Position numbers and translations under genes: made by a program. A stretch of 64,000 nucleotides of DNA from Hydrolagus affinis (lineage: Eukaryota): assembly GCA_012026655.1 (NCBI GenBank), contig JAAILG010000017.1, forward strand, positions 1-64,000, in the 5' to 3' direction. The first letter of the stretch is position 1, and each line of letters starts with the position of its first letter. Shown here piece by piece: positions 26,854-38,459 of the stretch. The notes below the pieces were generated by a model. The model saw only the letters and a list, made by a program, of their open reading frames with translations. It ran no database searches and was not told where the DNA came from.

Positions 26854-27279
26854 GTGCATATTGGAACTCACATGTGGAATAACTCAGCCAGACGTGGGAG
26901 GCGACTTTCGCTAGATGGTCCTATGGTATTAATTGGCAATGACCCAAAGAAGATTGCTGAGATGTTCCCCAAAGATCTAATGGCTCCTGCGATGAAGGTT
27001 GAGCCAACGCTATGGAATCACTACACCACCTCATTCACCAATGGCTTAGCTTTGAAAACCAACGAGATCTCCGTGATTCAGAACGGCGGCATTCCTCCCC
27101 TCACTGTTAGCGTGGTGGGGAGTTCTGTGTTGAGTAACAGTGCCACAGCCTCTAAAGTCGAGGGAACCCCGCCTGCTATCAGCCCGGTGATGGCTGACGA
27201 AGACAAAGCCAACCCTGAAGGCATTGTGACACCAACCTTCCCCCATTTTGTGGAGGAAAGCAAAATAGCTGTTAATTGA
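26854..27279 (+). CDS. SALL4: SALL4 exon 4, terminal coding exon
   Basis: ttgTAG acceptor ends 26853. Encodes VHIGTHMWNN...NGLALKTNEISVIQNGGIP...FPHFVEESKIAVN*. The SALL4-type C-terminus, 4-exon layout, lack of finger cluster 3 and adjacency to ATP9A identify SALL4 rather than SALL1/3. Confidence 0.93.
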   Translation: MHIGTHMWNNSARRGRRLSLDGPMVLIGNDPKKIAEMFPKDLMAPAMKVEPTLWNHYTTSFTNGLALKTNEISVIQNGGIPPLTVSVVGSSVLSNSATASKVEGTPPAISPVMADEDKANPEGIVTPTFPHFVEESKIAVN

Positions 27280-29600
27280 AAAAAAAACGTGACGTTCTTT
27301 AGCAAATGTGCAGTTTAGATTAGATTTTAGTCTTAGTTTTTTTTAAATGAAGAAAAGAAAAAGTACAACCACAAACCTCACTATGGGCTACTAATTTCAA
27401 ATAAACCTCAAAAAGTGTAAAATAGATTTTTACTGTAGCTGTGTCTCTAAATATCAAAATTGCTGGGTATCTCCTAAATTTAAGTTACGAGTACAATCAA
27501 TGCTTTGCAAATTTAGTGTATAAAACTCTGGGATTTATCTAAAGAAGAAAAATAAAGCGGGTCTTGCAAAGTGAAGCGTTTACAATGTTGACTTAAGTTT
27601 ACAATATTTTTGAAGTGTACAGCCTCTTTCTCATGAATTTTTTTACTACAAAAAATCGTTATGAATCCAAAGATTGAAACCTATTCTGTAATGAGTGCTA
27701 GTTTTTGGAATAATTAGTAGAAATTGAAATGAATCATTTCCATAACTACTATAGAGATTTTGTCTTTGACGATGTGTGTGTGTATTTGTATTTACTGTTT
27801 ATACATTAAAACCATTTATGCGGGTAACTATTCTAGAATGTCAGTTGGTGCCATCCGTTTAGATTTTGATGACAATTCATTCCTTCAATCTTGAATGAAC
27901 TCTTGTTTTTTTAAAAATATATTATGGGGAAAAAAAAAGTCCTAGTTAAATGATTTATTTACAGGACTACATGTCTCTTCAAAGAAAAAGCTGTGTTTTG
28001 GGTGGAAATAAGTATCAAACTGGCCTCGAACAGGCCAGTAGAAATGTGTTTTTGGCAAAAAGCAACTCCTTCAAAGGGCATTTTTGTTTAGTACAGATGT
28101 TCCAAGCATTTGTCTGTGACATGATTTCTGATCAGGCTGTTGTTAGTTTTCTGGGTTTGGCTCCAAGCATCTCAGGACCGGGGAGAAATTTTACCTGGCC
28201 TCTTAGTGTGTTGGAGCTTCCAGAACTTGGCAAATTATTGAATTCAGTCTAAACTTTGAAGTCTTAGTAGAACTTAACAGAAAATGGGCTTCAAATTCGA
28301 GACCGTATTTAAGTATTTTCCAAATTGCAGACTGTGAAACGCTGGATAAAAGAGTAAATTTTGATGCGGATGGAATTTCTTCCCAAGCTTGTGTTGTGGA
28401 TCATTCTGTCCTTTTTGTCTTTGGCTTTGGCCACTAATTATTTGGAGGGTCTGGGGTGGGGGTGGGGAGAAGCTCTTTCACGGAGACCTTAGTGCCTGCA
28501 CACTAAGTCTGTGCTTTTTTTTAAAATTAAATGAGAATAAGTGCTCTTTTTTAAAAAAAAGAAAGAAATGTTATTTGAAAGAGCAACCAATTGATCAGAG
28601 CATTTAAGCGAGGTAATTGACTCGATTTTTTTTCAATGTGAAATCATCGGGCGAGGGAATGAGAGAGGGAGGGAGGGAAAAAAAACAAGAGAGAATTCTT
28701 GATGAGCTTGTGCCCACCTTGGTTGATTTCAAACCAGGGTTATTTGTTTAATTTGCGGATGGTGCGCTACTTGTGCTTTGGCCAAAGGAGACCCACATGT
28801 AGCATATGAGGGAAGTGGGGAGGGTGGGCCCCCAGAACTTGAAGTAATTTTGTTTAACTACCTCACTTTTTTTTTAATTTGCCATTTGTGTTTTATTTTT
28901 TATTGTTTGGTCATGCTGGTTCCTTCCCTCCCCCCTCCCCCCCCCCCCCCCAAACTCCCCAGTCTATTAACCATTTTTTTTGTTTGTTCGTAAACTGACC
29001 TCATGCGCGGTCAGAAGGCATCACGTCTCTTGCTTTCGGTGGACAACGGTTGCATCAGTGAGTGGACCGAGAGTTTTGCCGATACAAGGATTTGGGAGCC
29101 TCACATAAGACTTTTGTTCCACGTTCTCCGACCCTTTTTCTGAGTGCTATAGTTTAACACTGAATGTACAACAGGAGTGCTGAACAAAACGGACACCGCA
29201 TCTTGCTTTACTAACAGTACTTTGGGTCTTTCGGTAGCTGGGGTGATGTTTCAATGCCAAATTGAGAGCAAGCTACCATTTGCAGTAGTGTTTGATGCTC
29301 GGAGATTACTGCTTCACATCGGCCTTGTCTTTAGACTTTAGTTCACAATGTTTTTTCATGGTGCTTTGACATGTACGTGGACTGATGCAGGGGTAACTGT
29401 GAATCTGCAGAACCTATGTGGTTTACATGGAAAATGGATCTTTTGTTACATCATGTCAACGATGCCTTGAATGGCATGATTATGTATGCTGTCTTTCATG
29501 AATGTTTTAGTGGCTCTCTTTAGTGCATCTACTGAATGTAAACTTGATTTTTTTTTCTTTCTGGCATATGGGAATAAATGCAGGTTGACATTGTCACAGT
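27280..29600 (+). terminator. SALL4 3' UTR with candidate polyadenylation signals
   Basis: AATAAA at 27400, 27551 and 29573, ATTAAA at 27805; the 29573 signal is followed by T-rich sequence. The site actually used cannot be determined from sequence. Confidence 0.45.
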
Positions 29601-30727
29601 CAATTCTTGTCATCTTTTGTCCTTTATTTCAAACCTCTTAAATGCAAGGCTCCATGAGGCTACATAGCCTGGTTGTCAATAGTCTGGCTTGCCAATCCAC
29701 ACAACAGTGCAGATGAGTGCAAATTCTGCACAGGGAGCATGTTTTCTCAATTGGTAAATTCACAAGGTGATATGATCTTGAACTATACAGGGTGGGTGGT
29801 CCTCAGGAGCTTGGACCTTCCTCATCAACTTCTACCTGAACTGACCAAACAAAATCTAAATATTACATCGATATTCAGTGCCGCCCACAACACTGCTGGA
29901 GTACAGTGGTAAGCCTTTTGACTGTGACCTGGGTTAAAGTCTGACCTCTGGTGGAATTCTGAGATGAGGGGCAAATCTGGGGTGTCAGTCTCTAACCTAT
30001 GATGTGGTTGAAGCACTGGAGAGCTGCTGAAACCATAGTTGTAAACCAGCGGACATCTGCAGGGATACCAGTGAAATCTGATCCAGTAGGTTTTCTTATA
30101 TAATTCAGATTCTTATTAATCTAATCTAAAAAGGCTTTCCCTTGTCCCATGAATGAGCATCCAGAGGGCGCTGTGGAGGGAGTATGAGGTGCAGATGGGC
30201 AAGAACCAAAGCTTGGTGGGTGGTGGGGTAGGGGATGGTTGTGTTGGGGGTACTGTTTGAGATTAGATAGCTAAAACCTCAGCTTGTCATTGTGCACGTA
30301 CGAAAGGCAAGTGAATACAACAACACAATTACATTTGTATAGTACCTTTCACATCTGGAGGACGTCCCAAAGCGCTGGACAGACAGTATTCTGGACCGGA
30401 GGTGTGAGGTTGGGATTGGGGAGGGCAGAGGGAAGAGAGGGGGGATGAGAAGGAGGTTGATCGAAAGCATGGTTGAAAAGGCAATTCATACAGGTGCTAA
30501 AAACTACAGTCGTCTGAAGAAGGAACTGGAAAGTGAAATTAATAATATAATATTGATTCCGATCTGCTTTGGCCCATTTAATCTCAATCTTCCAGGGCAC
30601 CCATTCTAAAGTCTTTGGCTTTATTTCCCAATGTTGTTTCATGGTGCTTTGCATGTACGTGGACTGATGCAACAGTGACTGAATCTGTAGAGAACCTATA
30701 TGGTTTACGTGAAAAATTGATCTTTTG
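29327..30727 (+). repeat. Diverged direct repeat of about 118 bp (29327-29445 and 30611-30727)
   Basis: Both copies read gtcttt..cttta.ttc.caatgtt.tttcatggtgctttg(a)catgtacgtggactgatgca...tgaatctg.ag..aacctat.tggtttac.tg.aaa..gatcttttg. Confidence 0.9.
30318..30482 (-). mobile_element. L2-clade LINE 3' end
   Basis: Reverse complement: ttcaaccatgctttc...cagcgctttgggacgtcctccagatgtgaaaggtactatacaaatgtaattgtgttgttg, homologous to the 58045 copy. Short tails of this type also near 19626+, 30780-, 35035-, 42845-, 57270+, 61285+. Confidence 0.78.
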
Positions 30728-31069
30728 GTAAAAGTGGTGTGCTTTTAGTTAATGGAAGCTCATAATAAATTAAGACATAATGACAACAACAACAACAAAA
30801 TTACGTTTGTAGAGCGCCTTTCGCATCGGGAGGACATCCCATAAATGGTTACACAGCTAGCCGTGTTCCACCTAGTGTGTGGTATTCACAGTAGAGCAAG
30901 CCACCTTTCCTGCCATGTTGCCTTTCGTTGGATCTGTAAGGCAGGAGTTGGTCTTGAGTTAGGTATCAGCCTGGTTCAGTTGGCAGCAATTTTGCCTGTG
31001 AACCAAATAGTGGGTTTGGGTGCCATGTTAGGACTTTGAACTCATACAGTCAAAGGCTAACGCTCCATT

Positions 31070-31210
31070 GCGGTAGTGGGGGGGAGCGCTACACGGGTTT
31101 TAAGTGTTACCCTTCGGATGAGCGTTAAGCCGAGGTTCAGACGGATGTTGAAGCTCTCACGGCACTGTAGGAAAAGAGAAGGTAGTTTCTCCTGGGACCC
31201 TGGAAAATGC
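31070..31210 (+). mobile_element. Deu-domain SINE relic
   Basis: ttcggatgagcgttaagccgagg...ggatgttgaagctctcacggcact...aagagaagg...ctcctgggaccctgg matches the recalled Deu domain of DeuSINEs; antisense copy at about 4235-4380. Confidence 0.6.
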
Positions 31211-31246
31211 ATTTTCAGATGGCTGTTGGTTCAACTAATAAAGCCA

Positions 31247-31620
31247 CTAATAATAAGAATAACCTTTATGCATTTGATAAAGCACCACGTCGCATCGTTG
31301 AGACATTTTACTAAAACGCTTCACAAAATATATCACAACATGGATTGACTGCGTATATTTTGTGGGCGAAATGGGGCAACACAATTGCGCACAGCAGCGT
31401 CCCGCAAGCAGTCGTGGATTGAGTGACCAACTTTTTTGGGTGGGAGAGGGGGAGGTTATTGGATTACTACCCTCCGGAAAGCGATCCACCGGTCGACCTG
31501 TCAACCGGGTTCCTGTTTACAGCTGGGTAAACCGAGGCGGGCGGAGTAAGGAAATCCGACTAAGGTTTCGCTCCGCCCGGGAATTGGGAACACTCGCAGG
31601 CTTGCACTTGCTCAGCGGAG
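31247..31620 (-). mobile_element. Long-subfamily SINE, CpG-rich copy upstream of ATP9A
   Basis: Reverse complement gives gcgaaacctt...tttccttactcc...gtttacccagctgtaaacaggaacc...ggtcactcaatccacgactg...cccacaaaatat...tail-(ATT)n; head degenerate. Confidence 0.85.
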
Positions 31621-31894
31621 AATAAAACACAGAGCCCAGCCCTCCCCCCCCCCACCCCTCCGCCCTCCACCACCTCCACCACACAAAAAAAACAATGACA
31701 GATGGTCACTGAGCAGAGAGGTGTCACCATTCAACAGTCCCACGTTATCTCTTTGGGGGAGAATTCAAATTGCTGCAAATGTAAAGGTTGACACAATATC
31801 TGTGATTTGCCTTTGACCCTTGTGGGCAGATCCTGTCTATACAAGGACCTGCCAGATAGACAGACAGACAGACACACAGAGAGAGAGAGAGAAG

Positions 31895-31925
<31 letters not shown>

Positions 31926-32026
31926 GCTGCTGGGTAGGAAAGCTAAGCAGAGAGAACCACCCAGCCAGACACCCAACCCTCCCTTGTCTGGGAGGGAAGG
32001 AAAGGGAATACAGTACAGCGGCCAAG
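31480..32026 (+). promoter_or_regulatory. Probable ATP9A promoter / 5' UTR
   Basis: Immediately upstream of the ATG; locally CpG-rich with GC boxes (GGCGGGCGG 31536-31544, CCGCCC 31573-31578), a C-rich tract and then microsatellites. TSS not determinable. Confidence 0.5.
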
Positions 32027-32705
32027 ATGTCCGATAGTATCCCCTTGCAGCCTGTCCGACACAAGAAAAGACACGACTCGAAGCAGAGGAGCAGGTAAGA
32101 CCATCTTAAAAACCACAGACTAAACCAGCCCTGGTCTCATCCAACCCACCCAGCCCTGCTCATCAACCTTCATGTTTGATTTCCAGATCATTATTTGTAG
32201 GGAATGAATCAGAGTTTGCTGCTGCTGTGTGTGTGTGTGTATTTGTGTGTGTGTGTTAATGGGCTCTCTCCCTTTTTAAAGAGATGTTTTAGTTTGTATG
32301 TCTGGCTATCTATTAAAACGAGTTTTTTTTTAGAAAAAACTGATTGATGAGACAGAGAGAGAGAGAGAGAGATGCGTTTACCGGCGAATGACTGGACATT
32401 TATCGCAATTGTCTGCAGTGTGTGTCTGTGTGTGTGTGTGTGTGCCTCTCTTTCTCCCCTTGCCTTCATTCTCTCTCCCAGGCCGGCTCCATTAATACAG
32501 GTGTATGTCTGTGTGTGTGTGTGTTTGAGAGAGACACACACACACACAGAGAAAGAAAGAGAGAGATAGATACTGGGGGAATCAAACGAGGCTGATATCA
32601 ACAGTATCAACAGCCATGCAGGGAACAGCAATTGTGTGTGTCTGTGTGAGTGTGTGTCTGTGTGTGTGTGTTTTTGTTCATATCACATACACATACACAC
32701 ACACA
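31855..32705. repeat. Microsatellite cluster (GACA)n/(GA)n/(GT)n/(CA)n around ATP9A exon 1
   Basis: Directly visible dinucleotide and tetranucleotide arrays on both sides of the first coding exon. Confidence 0.95.
32027..32094 (+). CDS. ATP9A: ATP9A coding exon 1
   Basis: gccaagATG start; MSDSIPLQPVRHKKRHDSKQRS resembles the ATP9A N-terminus; donor GTAAGA at 32095; 68 nt, phase 2. Confidence 0.92.
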
Positions 32706-35243
32706 TTCCTGGGGTGCCGCAAAAAATCCTGACCCCCCCCCCCCCTCCCTTTTGATATGAAAGTAAATTAAAAGCGAGACACAGAGATTGGTTGATTGAT
32801 TTGATTTGATTTAAATTCGGGTAATAATTGCTTTATTTTTGTTTTTTTGAAAAAAAAGGATACAGGGTAATGTGTTAAGGTGAGAGTGAAAGGTAAAGGT
32901 TACTCAGATTCTCAACCCACTGGCTGGGAAGATGGGGTGATTGATATCAGAGGTGTGTGTGTGATGTGTGATGTGCTGTTGTGGCAAAGACAGCAACAGT
33001 GTAAGCCAAAGGAAACCCTGGCAGGTTCTTCTTCCTGATTGACGCCATTGGAGGAGAGACACACCCTTTAACAGACTGGAACCAATTCAGGGAATACCTT
33101 TGCCTGGATTACCAGCAATGCATTTAATCAAACTGAAGATTCTGCTCAGATTTGGACTCAATCAATCAATCGATCAATTAATCAATCAATCAATAAACGA
33201 GTAAATTTTCTATTTTCTGATTGTTTTAATGATCCGATACTCTAGGTGGAGGATTATTCTCAGCTGCGAATAGATAAGAGTTGACTGGATAATGTACAAC
33301 TCCACCAAAAAAGGGGTTTGTAATAATAATAATAATTGTCGCTGCATTTGATATAGCGTTTTTCACGCGTGTTCTATTAGTCTCAAAACGCTTCACAGAT
33401 TGTACAGGACTGTAAAGTGAATTGACTGTATATTTGTGGGTCAAATGTCTTCAGAATTCATTTGCCCCAAACCCTCCAATTAAACTCCCGGACTGACTCT
33501 CTGTAAGATGTAGGACATAAATGCATGTTTATGTTTCTTAACCCTCCCCGCCACCTCAAAGGTTTTATAGCTGAATAATACTACTGTATCTTCAGAAATA
33601 AAAAATAATTTGGTCTCTCAACCCACGGCTGTTTGTGGGATGCTAAGGTGCATACTTGGCTACCAGGTTTCGCCCACAAAATTAACAGTCCATTCATTTT
33701 TTACAGTATATTCTGTGAAATGCTTTGAGGCATCTTGAAGCTATGATACGGTGCTATATCAAATGCAATGATGATGATTATTATTAATATTTGTTATTAA
33801 TAATAGCAGATAACTTGCTGCCATTCTCTCCTAGACGATCAATGCAATTCTGATCTTGTCTGGAGGTGGGGGGGGGGGGGCCTGTTCAGTTAATGCTTCC
33901 GGCCTCCAAAAAACAAGGGCGAAGTGGAGCCAAAGAGATTCCTGCGTTCTGCTTACCATTGGTCATGTGGGCCCCACCTCACACCATTGTGTGGCTACCA
34001 GATTGTGCTTTGTAGCGATGGGAGTCACACCATTGAATTAGCATATAGGATGACTCCACATCTCTGCCCACATTGTTGAATTGCAGCCAGGGCTCTATGG
34101 TAGCTGGGAAATAGCACAGCCACTAAAATTAGCTTTAGCAGCTCGGATTAGGGAGGAGAAAATTAGCTCCTATGTCCCGCCCTTCATCATAATACCTGTT
34201 GGAAGGCGCTTACTCATTGGATAAACAGAGGATTGGGCCTAGTTACATTATTTACATAACCTTCTCCTGGTCTGTCCCCAATGGTTACTTAGGCTGCCAT
34301 CACTTACACATCAATAATGACTATTTATAGGGGTGTGAATAGGCTGCTGTCTCAGCCCCAGTTAATTACAAGTGCCCCCAAAACGCCACCCCACAGAAAG
34401 GGCACTCCATAAACACATTGTTGTTGTTGTTGTTGCTATCTTTCAGTAGATTGGCCGAAGGTTGTTTGTGATTTAAATGATTCTTTTCGGATCGCAAGGA
34501 AACTCGCTGAGGTGTTCATATTCCCTTCAAACGCCGAACCGACATTGTTCAATCTAAAATGACACGGTTCACACGGTTCTACGCGAGAACTTCCCACGTC
34601 GATTGCTTGGGCGTCAAGTGTTAACAGCTCTGTACAGACTCCTGTGAAACAGTGGGTGCAGGGGAGGCAAATGTGAAGGAGCTGATCATTGACATTTTCT
34701 TGACTGTTTGTGGGAACTTCACAAAGGAGCTCTTGTTTTTTATCAGTATTTTGGCAGTTTCCTTGTAGTATCAACCTCTTCATCATTGAGTTACAGGTGG
34801 CAGGGATGCAGACAGTAAGATAGGGGCAAGCAAATGGAAAGGAATGTAGAGGGAATGGATCGATAAGAGCTGTGAATACCATAAGAAAAAATATTAAAGA
34901 CTGAAATAAGTGAAATAACATAAAAAATAACTCGGTATGGGTCCTCCCATCTAGTTATTAGGCAAGTTTGGATTGTGAGAAATTGATGCCGTTGACTTTG
35001 ACTATATCTTGTTTGACAATGGTTTTACAATGCAAAACAAATTTACATTTTATATGGCACGTGTCACATTGGTAGGATATCCCAAGGCATTTTGATCTAT
35101 GTTATTCCCAGATGACATTGCTCTTTTAAATCTAGGAGAAGGGGAATATGCATTACTTCACCACCGACTCCCAGAGCAAATGGTACGAGTGGCATTTATA
35201 TTTGTGAGCATTAAGAAATCCCAAATTGTTGTTAAGCATCAAT

Positions 35244-35572
35244 GTGGAACTTCTGTAGCTCAGTGGTTAGAGCACTCGCCTTACAAGAGTGAGACCTGTG
35301 TACGAATCCAGGCAGATCAGGGCAAAACCTTGGGCAAGTTTCCTTACTCCACACGCCTAATATTAATAATCATCTGTCCAAAAAAACACAATAATAAAAT
35401 TGGCCATTTCAATCCACGATGGTTTGTGGGACACTGCCGTGCGCAATTGGCAGCCGCATTTTGCCCACAAATATACAATCAATTCACTTTACAGTATATT
35501 CTGTGAAGCGCTTTGAGACGTCGATAAGATGTGAAAAGCACTATATCAAATGCAAGGGTTATTATTATTATT
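35244..35572 (+). mobile_element. Full-length tRNA-derived SINE, short subfamily
   Basis: gtagctcagtggttagagcactcgccttacaag... through tail and (ATT)n. Confidence 0.92.
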
Positions 35573-36704
35573 AATGTAAGTATCTGAAATGCAGCCTGCC
35601 TCTAAATTCCCACTGTAGTACAGTATGTTGATGGGTTGTAGCTCACTTCTGCAACCCTCAACATTGCATTAACTTGCAGATAATCTGAGTCAACTCACAC
35701 TCTCAAGGCTTGCCATGCTGAGCGAGTTGGCTTGGTCTTCAGTACAGAAATGTATCCCTGAGCAGTGATGCAGTACAGAAAAGTATCGCTGACCTGAAAT
35801 TATTTGGCATGAGTGAAAGTTGCTACGCACAATAACATTAGCTCCTGTCAAATAGGAACACGCAAGCGCCACTGACATCAATGGCTATTTTTTGAAAGAA
35901 CAATGTGGTCAGTGTGACAACACCCAGGCCTGAATCCGACTTGTTAAGCTTAAGGAAATGATTTTCGACTTGTAGAATATTTTCCGCCAGCATGATCCGG
36001 GTTCTTCAATTGAATTTTTTAAAACATTTTGTACTTTGTGTTGGTTATTATTTTATTAGCAGTAATAATCCTTGCGTTTGATATAGCGCTTTTCACATCT
36101 TATCGACGTCGCCAAGAGCTTCACAGAATATACTGTAAGGTGAATTGACTGTGTATTTGTGGGCGAAATGCGGCAGCCGATTGTTTAGACAGATCCAGGC
36201 ACATTTTCTCGCGGACTCTCTGTTTACCAGTTCTGGAGTCTGCAGCCTCTCAGTAGAGCAAACGAGGAGATGCTTCCCCCCCCTCTCTCCCCTCCCCACT
36301 CCCTCCCCCTCCCCCACTGTGGTTTATTCTAAAGATACAATGGGTTGGGGTTCAAAGGGCAGAAATGGCTCTCTGCTAACCTTGCTCATGTGACCGTTCT
36401 TCATGTATGAGTGGACGGTTAGTGCTCGAGGGCTGATCAACTGGTCGGTCAACACAGTGAAGCCTGATCATGTTCTCATTTGGCATCGTTCCTTGTGTCC
36501 CTACAGCAGTATCTGGACAGCCATCAGCTCATTCGCTCCGTCAGTATGAACCACAGCTTTGAAGGAATGGTGTTGTCACACTGCAAAGCTGCAGCTTTCT
36601 GCTTCAAAGGTTCAGCACAAGTAACTCCAAAACCAACCAGGGATCAGTTTTCATGGCCGATTTTTAAAAAAAAATGCTGCTCTTTGTTTGGGTTATATGA
36701 TACA

Positions 36705-37080
36705 GTGGAGCTCCTGTGGCTCAGTGGTGAGCACTCGCCTTACAAGCATGAGATCTGTGTTTGAATCCAGGCAGGTCAGGGCGAAACCTTGGGCAAGTTT
36801 CCTTACTCCACACGCCTAATAATAATAATTCCTCAAAAAAAAAACCACAATAATAAAATTGGTCATTTCAATCCATGACTGTTTGTGGTACACGTCTGTG
36901 CGCAATTGGCTGCTGCGTTTCACCCACAAATATACAGTCGATTTACTTTACAGTATATTCTGTGAAGCGCTCTGAGATGCCGTCCGGTGTGGAGGGTGCT
37001 ATATAAATCGAAGTTGTTGTTGTTGTCTGGAAGATGTGAAAAACGCTATATCAAATGCAAGGATTATTTATTTATTATTA
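36705..37080 (+). mobile_element. Full-length short-subfamily SINE with a second (L2-type) tail nested in its own tail
   Basis: Same head and body; tail interrupted at about 36977-37025 by ...gtgctatataaatcgaa(GTT)n. Confidence 0.9.
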
Positions 37081-38320
37081 CAGAATTGCATCCGTACAGT
37101 GCCCTTTGCACTCTTCCACCTCAGCGATCCCCATGTAGACGGCAAACACGGAACTCTTACTCTGGTTGAGATACCAGTATGACCAATAGACATAAGCATT
37201 TATGTTTCTTTATTCTCGCTGGGTAAATCGCTGTAAATCCTAACTTACTTACACATTTCCATTTTTACTGCATATTTATTATTTATGCAGAGGTGCAGTG
37301 GAATCCGTTGGGTGGATTAGTTCCGCTGAACTAATTCAGGCAGCTACATTCGTCCTAAGCCAGTGCCACTGAACTGGACCAGTGTTGACAGCAGCCAGGA
37401 CGGCATAAACACAAAGACCTTTCTGTTTTTTTTTAAAGGAAAGTTGACAGTTCTGAAAGCTTTTAGCAAATAGCAAAACAAGACTCATTTCACGAACCTT
37501 CATTGTATCTTTGTATCTGTTCCTGCACTCGAGTCAATACAATAACACTCAGGAACACAAGGTAACCGATTTGGCCTAAAATAAACTACAAAAGGAAAAG
37601 TTTTTAAACAAACAAAACTATCAGATATGCAAGGTTACAAAATGTTCCTATATGTACTGTACTTCTGGATTATGATACCCAGTTCATCCCACAGGAGATA
37701 TAATGTTCAAAATAACTTTATAACATGTTACAGCAACATGCCTTTTCAGGCATCTTACCATGATACAGTATGTGAGGAGAATAATGATAATAATAATAAT
37801 CCTTGCATTTGATTTGGTTCAGCGCCATCCTGGCTGCGATTGGTTAACTCAGTGCAGGCCAGGGACAGATTGAACTCGGGATAAAATAGTGGCACTCCAG
37901 TTGTCTTCAGTGAGCTGTAGTACCTGTAGTACTGTATCCAACCTCCTTACCCCCCCCCCTCCACTCCAAGGAGGGGAGAACTAAACAGCCACGATCACTG
38001 AAATGACGCAGTCATTTATTGTATCTGCTGTTGTATTGTTTGGCTCCCATTGTCTGACTCTCTGCAACAGTATCTTCCTCAGCCCAATACAATCCAAATT
38101 GCACAACCAAACCTGCGCTGTTAGTTGGTGGTGTCTTCATGTGTGTACTATCTATATGGCAAGAAGGGCATTTCTTGGGAGTAGGAGGCGACCACTGTTG
38201 TAACAAGAGTAACGCTGATACCGACCTGACGTGATTTGAAGCGGTGGTTTTGACGAGGGAGATGAAGGCTTATTTCCCCAGTATCAGACTCACCACATTG
38301 CACACCTTTCCTTTCTGCAG

Positions 38321-38459
38321 CTGCTGTGGGTGGTGCTGCAGAGGAAGGGATTTCAAACCTCGGACCGTGTGGCTCGGACACCCTGAGAAACGAGAGCAGA
38401 AATTCCCTCGCAATGTTATCAACAATCAGAAATACAACTTCTTCTCCTTCCTTCCTGGG
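38321..38459 (+). CDS. ATP9A: ATP9A exon 2
   Basis: ttctgCAG / GTAAGT; [46 protein letters not shown]. Confidence 0.95.

Noticed and set aside
34436-34921. 161-aa minus-strand ORF in ATP9A intron 1
   Set aside because: Non-ATG start, no recognisable motif and no supporting exon structure.
35244-35320. Apparent tRNA-Val(TAC) genes at SINE heads (also 6232, 36705, 48549, 60469)
   Set aside because: A/B boxes and the anticodon arm are present, but there is no proper 3' acceptor strand and each head runs straight into SINE body and tail.
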